Origin: a virus
Direction: 5' to 3' (one strand)
IMG/VR virus record: IMGVR_UViG_3300045988_112792
Length of the DNA stretch: 37,376 nt
In this document: positions 31,240 through 37,267 of the stretch, in pieces
Numbering within the stretch: position 1 is the stretch's first letter
Layout: the number at the start of each line of letters is the position of its first letter
The notes under the pieces: generated by a model
Seen by the model: only the letters and a program-made list of their open reading frames with translations
Database searches by the model: none
What the model was told of the DNA's origin: nothing
Made by a program: the position numbers and the translations under genes

Positions 31240-32034
31240 TTATTCTCCTTCGGCTGGTTCTTTTTTTGCCCACGGAAATTCCTGCTTGAAGTCATCGCCC
31301 ATCAAGTCGCGCAGGCTATCTTTCATGAAGATTGGCTTTCCCAGCTCCGCACAAACCATTGCGATGTTGTCAATCCATGCTTTTTCGGGAACGACCTTTT
31401 CTTTGCGATTGCCCGTTTCCACCCCAACAATAACCCATTCATTTGTTGCGGCAATCTCCATCGCTTCCGCACGGGATAGATTGCGCAGCAAAGGCTCTAT
31501 GCTCACGAAGCGGCTTTGCCACGGAGGGAGCACAAGAGGCGTGTAATTGCGCGCTGCACCAGTAAAGCTCTGACCAAACCACATTTCGGCCACGTTCGGC
31601 GGTCGCCTGTGCCTCGGCAAGAGATTGGGCAGTTGCGCATACCTGCCGGGGTTCTTGGTCAAGAACATGTATCGGTGCTGCGAGGCCTCATCACAGGCTT
31701 CAAAGATTTCTTGAATCCACTCGTCCGGCACCCATTCGCCGAACAAATCGGCCATGCTGCACACGAAGATGTTGCGCGGCTTTTTCCAGTGCTGCGGCTC
31801 ATCCAGTTTATAGCGGTGGAACGTGGGCTTGAAGCCGTAAGGATACGATTCCGGCCTCGTGCGCACTCGGCGCGTAGGAACATGGAGCACAGGCTCATAT
31901 GGCCTTTTATATTTCTTTTCGGTGCTGAACCGCTCCGCAATTTTCCGTGCATAACAGTATTTACACCCATGCAAGCAGCCGGTTACGGGATTCCATGTGC
32001 TGTCACACCAGTCAATTTTTGTCTTACTTCCCAT
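31240..32034 (-). CDS. Phage Gp37/Gp68-family (DUF5131-like) protein
   Basis: N-terminal KIDWCDSTWNPVTGCLHGCKYCYA signature. RBS GAGGT 7 nt before ATG 32034 (ORF track to 32091). Confidence 0.7.
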   Translation of the reverse strand: MGSKTKIDWCDSTWNPVTGCLHGCKYCYARKIAERFSTEKKYKRPYEPVLHVPTRRVRTRPESYPYGFKPTFHRYKLDEPQHWKKPRNIFVCSMADLFGEWVPDEWIQEIFEACDEASQHRYMFLTKNPGRYAQLPNLLPRHRRPPNVAEMWFGQSFTGAARNYTPLVLPPWQSRFVSIEPLLRNLSRAEAMEIAATNEWVIVGVETGNRKEKVVPEKAWIDNIAMVCAELGKPIFMKDSLRDLMGDDFKQEFPWAKKEPAEGE

Positions 32035-32099
32035 TTTCGCTACCTCTAATATACTGTCGTCATATGCCATGCCGATATTTTCATCAGGCATGGATCATG

Positions 32100-32291
32100 T
32101 CATTCCCCTCCCTCCGGCGCGGCAGGCGGCGACATCCAGTGCGTTATCAGCTTGGACGTGCCCATCAGCGGGTTATCCCACCCCAGCATCTGCGTGCCGT
32201 TGTATATGTGCCATACCATCACGCATCCCCACGCGTCCGCGTCCTGCGCGGTCGGACGGCGCTCGGCCATCGGTATCCATGTCATACTCAT
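32100..32291 (-). CDS. Small hypothetical protein (DUF551-like?)
   Basis: RBS GGAGGGG. WIPMAERRP ... VMVW pattern. Confidence 0.45.
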   Translation of the reverse strand: MSMTWIPMAERRPTAQDADAWGCVMVWHIYNGTQMLGWDNPLMGTSKLITHWMSPPAAPEGGE

Positions 32292-32542
32292 ACTCCATAC
32301 CCCTCCAGCATAGTCGCGCCGATCTCGTCCATGATCCGGCTTAGCTCGTCAATCGCCGCCTCGGCGTTTGGCTGCCAGTCGAATTCGTTATCCACCTGCC
32401 ACACCCAGTGCCGCTCGGGCTGTGCGGAGTAGACGTGATAGCCATACCCCGGCACCCACCTGACGCGGTACTTTGTGTATGTTTCTTCATCCTTGTACAG
32501 CGGCCCCACAAAGCAGGGACCCGCTCCATACCCGCAATACAT
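32288..32542 (-). CDS. Hypothetical protein (84 aa)
   Basis: RBS AAGGTGGTGGG before ATG 32542 (ORF track to 32692). Confidence 0.55.
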   Translation of the reverse strand: MYCGYGAGPCFVGPLYKDEETYTKYRVRWVPGYGYHVYSAQPERHWVWQVDNEFDWQPNAEAAIDELSRIMDEIGATMLEGYGV

Positions 32543-32811
32543 CACCCGCCCACCACCTTGAGTACCGGCGGTTCGCACTCTGCGTATCCGTCCGGCGGGA
32601 AGTAATCGTATATCTCTCTGAGGGGCAACCCCATCCAGCGCATGATCTCGTATGCCTCGCCCATGTCCCACGAGGCCACGCCGCGTATGCACTTGCTTAC
32701 GTAGTCCACGCTGCGCCTCAGATGCACGGCCACGTCGCTTTGGAGCAAGTCGCGCTCCATCATCGCCGCACGCAATTTGGCGTATGGCCGCGTACGTCTT
32801 TGCTTAGTCAT
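32542..32811 (-). CDS. Small HTH (XRE-like) protein
   Basis: RDLLQSDVAVHLRRSVDYVSKCIRG helix-turn-helix pattern. Confidence 0.55.
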   Translation of the reverse strand: MTKQRRTRPYAKLRAAMMERDLLQSDVAVHLRRSVDYVSKCIRGVASWDMGEAYEIMRWMGLPLREIYDYFPPDGYAECEPPVLKVVGG

Positions 32812-33091
32812 GATACCCTAGCCCCCTCCTCTTGGCGCGCCGCGAACCGTTGCCGCCGTGATCGCTGTAGCACGGGTCGAGCTGGATGAAGCCTCCGTAT
32901 ACGGTCGCTTCGTCCGGCAGTAAGCGCCGCGCGTCCAGCTCATACTGTCGAAAATGCTTATACACACTCTCGACACTCCACAGCTTGCGCGCACGCTCGC
33001 GCGCGTCGGGCAAGTTGTCGGCCAGCAGGTCGATCGCCCAGTGATGCCTGCGGATTGTGCGCGTCTCAAAAGTCACACGATACCTGTCCAT
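32804..33091 (-). CDS. Hypothetical protein (95 aa; alternative start at 33184)
   Basis: Excellent RBS GGGAGG 8 nt before ATG 33091. The longer ORF-track form would start inside the sRNA terminator hairpin. Confidence 0.55.
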   Translation of the reverse strand: MDRYRVTFETRTIRRHHWAIDLLADNLPDARERARKLWSVESVYKHFRQYELDARRLLPDEATVYGGFIQLDPCYSDHGGNGSRRAKRRGLGYHD

Positions 33092-33105
33092 TTCTATATC
33101 CTCCC

Positions 33106-33134
33106 TTGACAACGCTGGCTCGGAGGTGTATAAT
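33106..33134 (+). promoter_or_regulatory. Perfect consensus promoter on the + strand inside the minus-strand early operon
   Basis: TTGACA 33106-33111, exactly 17 nt, TATAAT 33129-33134. Confidence 0.6.
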
Positions 33135-33140
33135 ACGTAT

Positions 33141-33217
33141 GTCAAACGTTGACCCTCCAGAGTGTCAGCTTTGATTGTCCGCATAGCGCCCTCGACACCT
33201 ACGGGGCGCTATTTTTT
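33141..33217 (+). ncRNA. Predicted ~77-nt antisense small RNA (promoter-to-terminator unit)
   Basis: Start inferred about 7 nt after the -10. Internal GTCAA ACG TTGAC hairpin. Terminator TAGCGCCC ... GGGCGCTA (33184-33211) + T6 (33212-33217). No RBS or credible ORF. Confidence 0.45.
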
Positions 33218-33221
33218 AGTA

Positions 33222-33455
33222 TCATTCGTCGTATGATTCAATCGCCCTTTTGGCGGCTTTCCATTTCATCATGCGATGAAAATTCTTGTCAATCTCCGTT
33301 TGGGCGATTTCCGTTAGCACCGGCTTTAGGGCTGATACTTCATATTTTTCGCCGCGCCTGATGTGCGCCTTGTCAAACGTCTTTGCCACCGCCCAATCTA
33401 CTGTCGCATATGACAGGTCAAACATTTTCGCTATGCCGCCGACGGTCATTTTCAT
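33222..33455 (-). CDS. Small HTH protein (Cro/excisionase-type)
   Basis: RBS AAGGAGGAG. TVGGIAKMFDLSYATVDWAV helix-turn-helix. Confidence 0.6.
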   Translation of the reverse strand: MKMTVGGIAKMFDLSYATVDWAVAKTFDKAHIRRGEKYEVSALKPVLTEIAQTEIDKNFHRMMKWKAAKRAIESYDE

Positions 33456-33501
33456 TTCAAACCTCTCCTCCTTTTTTCTTGTTCGGCACGGCGCGTGTGC
33501 G

Positions 33502-33666
33502 TCACGCCGGTTTGCGCTGTATGCTATCCATTTGCGCCATCATGCACATGCCAGACAGCACGTTGACGATCTTGCGCTGTGTATCTGGCGTAAGCTGTGA
33601 TAGTACTTTGATGCAGTCCAGTAGCTGCATATCCTGCGGTGCTGGTGCCGTCGCAGTCGGTGTCAT
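33502..33666 (-). CDS. First early-operon protein (54 aa), unknown function
   Basis: RBS GGGAG 8 nt before ATG 33666. About 27 nt downstream of the predicted early promoter start. Confidence 0.5.
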   Translation of the reverse strand: MTPTATAPAPQDMQLLDCIKVLSQLTPDTQRKIVNVLSGMCMMAQMDSIQRKPA

Positions 33667-33699
33667 CTTATCATCTCCCGTTTGTGTGATTGCATGTGT

Positions 33700-33728
33700 A
33701 TTATACCACACACGGTTGCACACGTCAA
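33700..33728 (-). promoter_or_regulatory. Early lytic promoter (PR analogue)
   Basis: Minus strand: TTGACG (33723-33728), 17-nt spacer, TATAAT (33700-33705). Flanked by TGTGTG/CACAC motifs. Confidence 0.65.
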
Positions 33729-33750
33729 TACTTTCAGGATAATTTTAGAC

Positions 33751-33779
33751 TTGATTTTGTCCTGAATGTGTGATAATAT
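33751..33779 (+). promoter_or_regulatory. Repressor promoter (PRM analogue)
   Basis: TTGATT 33751-33756, 17-nt spacer, TAATAT 33774-33779. Overlaps the TGTGTGAT motif. Confidence 0.5.
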
Positions 33780-33804
33780 ATATGTATGGATTGGAGGTGA
33801 TACA

Positions 33805-34347
33805 ATGGCAGACACAATTAATGCTCGCTTTAGGGCTTTGCGCAAACGGCTCGACTTAACTATCGCGCAAATGGCGGATGTGCTGGGCTTGTCGCCGTCC
33901 GGCATATCGGCGATCGAGTGTGCACAGCGTAACGTTACTGATAAGCACATTCGGCTTTTGGCAAGTGCATATCCGCGCCTTAATGTCGAGTGGCTTAAAA
34001 GCGGCGAGGGCGATATATTTTTGCCTGAAAGCGACCATACAGGCAGTATAGATGATCTATGCGCTCAATACGGTCTTGACAGTATGGCCGCGTCTATGCT
34101 GCGCAGCTATGTCCAGCTTGACGCCGAGCATCGTCAGATGATACACGACTGGCTTATGGCGTGGCATGACGACTATGACAAGCGCAAGGCGCGCACCAGC
34201 GGCGGCGATGGCCAGACCGCCGACGATGCAGCGCCCTCCAGCGCAGACCCGGACGCCGACTTTAAACGGCAGGTGCTTGAGGGTCGCGCGCGGCACGAGG
34301 CATACATGGCCGCCCAGCGCGACGCCGAAAGCAAGCAGGCGCAGTAG
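33805..34347 (+). CDS. XRE-family HTH repressor (CI analogue), no S24 peptidase domain
   Basis: RBS GGAGGTG then ATG 33805. LTIAQMADVLGLSPSGISAIECAQRNV HTH. Divergent from the early operon. The C-terminal half lacks a Ser/Lys autoprotease signature. Confidence 0.8.
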   Translation: MADTINARFRALRKRLDLTIAQMADVLGLSPSGISAIECAQRNVTDKHIRLLASAYPRLNVEWLKSGEGDIFLPESDHTGSIDDLCAQYGLDSMAASMLRSYVQLDAEHRQMIHDWLMAWHDDYDKRKARTSGGDGQTADDAAPSSADPDADFKRQVLEGRARHEAYMAAQRDAESKQAQ

Positions 34348-34360
34348 CGACCGACCAATG

Positions 34361-34390
34361 ACCGCCCCACTTTGGGGCGGTTCTTTTTTT
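34361..34390 (+). terminator. Intrinsic terminator after the repressor gene
   Basis: ACCGCCCCA CTT TGGGGCGGT followed by TCTTTTTTT. Confidence 0.85.
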
Positions 34391-34410
34391 ATGCGAGCGG
34401 CAAAATTTTT

Positions 34411-34498
34411 TTGAAAAAAGCGCTTTAGGGTATTGACATTCGCGGCGGAAAGTAGTATAATATAGGCACGGACAATCAATAAATGGAGGACGAGAACG
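34411..34498 (+). promoter_or_regulatory. Promoter cassette copy C (lacks the leader hairpin)
   Basis: TTGACA 34433-34438, 17 nt, TATAAT 34456-34461, ATAGGCACGGACA, then GGAGG and ATG 34499. Confidence 0.8.
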
Positions 34499-35116
34499 AT
34501 GTGTGACGAGATTAAGATTACAAAGGTAGCTGACGACAAGATAGAGGTTCGCACCCCGTACAACCCGCAGTTTGTATCTAAAATAAAGACTGCGGGCGCG
34601 CGCTGGAACGCCATTGATAAGGCGTGGACGATGCACGCCGCCAACATCGACGTGGCGCGCGAAATCCTGCGCGCGGTGTATGGCCGCGACGATATGCCCG
34701 CGGCGGACGAAAAGCTGGTGCGCGTGCGCGTCACCGCGCTGCAAAACATCAGCGCAGACCGCGGGCCGATAGTCCTGCTGGGGCGTATCATCGCTTCCGC
34801 GCGCGGCCGCGATTCCGGCGCGCGCGTCGGTGAAGGCGTTGCGTTTATAGATGGAAAGCCGCAGAGCGGCGGCAGCGTGAAGAACTGGACGACTGAGATT
34901 AGCGAGGGTAGCATTTTCGTGGTGGCCGACGTACCCACCACGCTGCTTGGCGAGCTGGATGAGACCGGCTGGCGTGGGCAGAAGCTGTATCGGTACGAAA
35001 TCATTGACGACGACCGTGACGAGCAGCTCCGCAAGCTGCAGGCGCGCCGCGAAGAGCTGGCCGCCGCCTTGGCCGATATTGATGCGCAGATTAATGCGCT
35101 TAAAGGAGGTAACTAA
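34499..35116 (+). CDS. Hypothetical protein; DUF5710-like N-terminus + C-terminal coiled coil
   Basis: VRTPYNPQFVSKIKTAGARWNAIDKAWTM resembles the (K)ALGARWD...KxW motif. C-terminal LRKLQARREELAAALADIDAQINALK. Confidence 0.65.
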   Translation: MCDEIKITKVADDKIEVRTPYNPQFVSKIKTAGARWNAIDKAWTMHAANIDVAREILRAVYGRDDMPAADEKLVRVRVTALQNISADRGPIVLLGRIIASARGRDSGARVGEGVAFIDGKPQSGGSVKNWTTEISEGSIFVVADVPTTLLGELDETGWRGQKLYRYEIIDDDRDEQLRKLQARREELAAALADIDAQINALKGGN

Positions 35117-35118
35117 AA

Positions 35119-35667
35119 ATGAAGTTTGATATTTTTGCCGTTGATAACGTTAACGGCGGTCGGTGGTTTTTCGATGTGCGTCCGGATGCAGATTGCATCC
35201 GGTACGCGGTGGACATCCCCGACGCGTACGACCCCGTTCGCGGCGACGATGGGCATATATCGTTGACGCGCGAGGGCGAAGAGTATTCGCTGGACGATAT
35301 TTTAACGGCCAACGACATCAATCAACCAGTCTTTAATTGGCCCTACATCACGGGAGACTGCGATGCGCCATGCGTTGCTTTGGAGGTGTTACCCAGCGGC
35401 GAGCGCGAGCCGTTGTCATGGCCGGAGGGCGTTGACGATTTGATAAGCCGTTTTGCGTCAATGGGGCTGCGCTTTAGCATCCACCCCGAGACCGGGCAGC
35501 TGGTAATCAGACCCGAGGATAGCGCCGCGCGGTTTGTGCGCAAGATGTATCCCAAAGAGCTTGAGGTCATCCGGTATGGTCTCAAAAACCGCTGGAATCA
35601 AAGGCGTTACGCTGAGCTTGCGCGGCAGCAGTCAACCGAAAAAGCCGCCGAAAAGGATGGGGAGTGA
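35119..35667 (+). CDS. Hypothetical protein (182 aa)
   Basis: RBS AAAGGAGG. Tightly coupled to flanking genes. No motif recognised. Confidence 0.65.
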   Translation: MKFDIFAVDNVNGGRWFFDVRPDADCIRYAVDIPDAYDPVRGDDGHISLTREGEEYSLDDILTANDINQPVFNWPYITGDCDAPCVALEVLPSGEREPLSWPEGVDDLISRFASMGLRFSIHPETGQLVIRPEDSAARFVRKMYPKELEVIRYGLKNRWNQRRYAELARQQSTEKAAEKDGE

Positions 35668-35669
35668 CG

Positions 35670-36245
35670 ATGATGATCTCCCTGAAGGACTATGCCGACA
35701 AGATCGGCAAGCCCTACCCCTTGGTCTACCAAAAAGCCGTGCGCGGCGGCTTTGAGACCGCGCAAAAGGTCGGCTCGCGCTGGGTGATAGAGGCCAGCGA
35801 GCCGTGGATTGATATGCGCGCAAAAGCAGCGCGCTACCCCGCCGCCGTGCCTGCCGATGCCGACGACTTGGTGCCCGTCGCTGACTACGCGCGCGACCGT
35901 GGTATAGACGTGCGCAACGTCGAGCGCAAGGCCGCCCGCGGCTCACTTAAGACGGCGCGCAAGATTGGGGATCGCTTGTACGTCAGCGCAAGCGAGCCAT
36001 ACACCGACGCGCGGACGCGCTCCCCGCTTGCGGCGCAGCGTGACACAAGCGCCGAGCCACGCCTGATACCGCTTGTTGAATACAGCGAGCGGCTGGGCAA
36101 GCACAAATCGCACATTTTACGTAAGGCTGCGCGCGGCGATTTTAAGACCGCGCGCAAGATCGGCGGGTGCTGGTACATCTCCGCCGATGAGCCTTATGTT
36201 GACCGACGCGTCATTTCTGGTGCGTACAAGGATTGGCGCAAATAG
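35670..36245 (+). CDS. Protein built from three tandem excisionase/MerR-type winged-HTH repeats
   Basis: Three ~55-aa units, each with (D/E)YA..(I/L)G ... RKAARG.(F/L)KTA(R/Q)K(I/V)G..(W/L)(Y/V).(S/A)(A/S).EP(Y/W).D.R. GGGGAG RBS before ATG 35670. Confidence 0.7.
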   Translation: MMISLKDYADKIGKPYPLVYQKAVRGGFETAQKVGSRWVIEASEPWIDMRAKAARYPAAVPADADDLVPVADYARDRGIDVRNVERKAARGSLKTARKIGDRLYVSASEPYTDARTRSPLAAQRDTSAEPRLIPLVEYSERLGKHKSHILRKAARGDFKTARKIGGCWYISADEPYVDRRVISGAYKDWRK

Positions 36246-36278
36246 TTTTAAGATACGAATAAATGGGAGAGTGTAGTT

Positions 36279-36677
36279 ATGACTTTGAATGACGTTATGG
36301 CCGCCGGGAAGCGCGTGGTCGGTTTGTGTGCTGGACGACATCAGCTGCCGGTGGATGAATATATTTACGGCGAAATCAAGGACGTTCTTGATTTCGCCGG
36401 ATTGCTTCATATCGCGGACAAATATGTCCACGAACATTGTAATCCGCGCAATGCGATCGGCAGCGCTATTAACGGCTGGGATGATACTAAAATAGTTGTT
36501 GGCGAGCCGCTGAATGTGATCGTGACGGGACTAACGCCATGCACGGCAGCCGTCATGTATGCTTGCGCGTGTTACGGCGTTGACTTAACGCTATGGCACT
36601 ACGATCGCGAGGCCGACGACTATAAGCCTCAGTCGTTTCGTTTCGCCATAACCCCCAATCGTTTCGCTTCGCCATAA
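36279..36677 (+). CDS. Hypothetical protein (132 aa)
   Basis: RBS GGGAGAG. The 3' end runs through a 22-bp direct repeat. Confidence 0.6.
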   Translation: MTLNDVMAAGKRVVGLCAGRHQLPVDEYIYGEIKDVLDFAGLLHIADKYVHEHCNPRNAIGSAINGWDDTKIVVGEPLNVIVTGLTPCTAAVMYACACYGVDLTLWHYDREADDYKPQSFRFAITPNRFASP

Positions 36678-36680
36678 CCC
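36633..36680 (+). repeat. 22-bp direct repeat x2 (1 mismatch) separated by CCAA
   Basis: TCGTTTCGTTTCGCCATAACCC (36633-36654) and TCGTTTCGCTTCGCCATAACCC (36659-36680). The stop codon lies in copy 2. Confidence 0.9.
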
Positions 36681-36692
36681 TGCAATAGTTTA

Positions 36693-36722
36693 GTGTCGCT
36701 CGTATGAGCGGCACTTTTTTTT
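36693..36722 (+). terminator. Intrinsic terminator (copy 1 of a duplicated terminator)
   Basis: GTGTCGCTC GTAT GAGCGGCAC + T8. Identical stem-loop at 37237-37258. Confidence 0.85.
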
Positions 36723-36829
36723 GTAAAAATGCGCCTTTGCATATTGACATTCGCGGCGCAAAGTAGTATAATATAGGCACGGACAATCAAAGCCGCGGGC
36801 GCGAAAAAGCGCCGGGCGTGGAGGCGGCA
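36723..36829 (+). promoter_or_regulatory. Promoter-leader cassette copy B
   Basis: TTGACA 36744-36749, 17 nt, TATAAT 36767-36772, ATAGGCACGGACA, hairpin 36792-36817, GGAGG, ATG 36830. Confidence 0.8.
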
Positions 36830-37195
36830 ATGAAATATAAAGTAGTGATCGAAACCAAAAGCCGGTCGCTGTGCGGCACAGTAACCGCGCAGCTGGAGCC
36901 GACATACAAGCACGTAAGCATCCCGTCCGGCGCTTACGCCACGCCTGCCGACTTTTGCCGCAAGGCATTGGACGGCCTCAAGGATCTGGCGCGCGACGAC
37001 ATAGAGCGCGCCATCGACGAGGCCGGTATGGACGCGGCGCGCGCAGGCTTTGAGGCCGGGCGCGACACGTACTATAGCATACGCTTGTACGCGGTAGACG
37101 CGGACGGCGAGCCGATTAACCCGCGGCGCGCGGATGCGCATAAAGGGTTTTGGACGTCCAAAGTGTTTGGGCAGGAGTATGTGACGCGTCGATGA
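36830..37195 (+). CDS. Hypothetical protein (121 aa); cargo of cassette B
   Basis: ATG 36830 after GGAGG (ORF track 36818). No motif recognised. Confidence 0.65.
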   Translation: MKYKVVIETKSRSLCGTVTAQLEPTYKHVSIPSGAYATPADFCRKALDGLKDLARDDIERAIDEAGMDAARAGFEAGRDTYYSIRLYAVDADGEPINPRRADAHKGFWTSKVFGQEYVTRR

Positions 37196-37236
37196 GCCTT
37201 ACGTCAATCGGCGCGTATCAGGTGCAAATAGATTTA

Positions 37237-37267
37237 GTGTCGCTCGTATGAGCGGCACTTTTTTTTT
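37237..37267 (+). terminator. Intrinsic terminator (copy 2)
   Basis: GTGTCGCTC GTAT GAGCGGCAC + T9. The T-run continues into the terminal repeat. Confidence 0.85.

Noticed and set aside
32288-32811. Toxin-antitoxin pair (small HTH 32542-32811 plus downstream 84-aa protein with overlapping stop/start)
   Set aside because: Only the gene arrangement is suggestive. The downstream protein shows no toxin motif I can recognise, and translationally coupled small genes are the norm throughout this early operon.
33149-33361. 70-aa + strand ORF downstream of the internal consensus promoter
   Set aside because: It starts at a TTG without an RBS and reads straight through the intrinsic terminator at 33184-33217. 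The promoter-terminator unit is better explained as a non-coding RNA.
34057-35034. 325-aa minus-strand ORF spanning the repressor 3' end, a terminator, cassette C and gene 34499-35116
   Set aside because: It crosses an intrinsic terminator and a promoter cassette. Its translation is Ser/Arg/Ala-rich and low in complexity, it has no RBS, and it lies opposite well-supported + strand genes.
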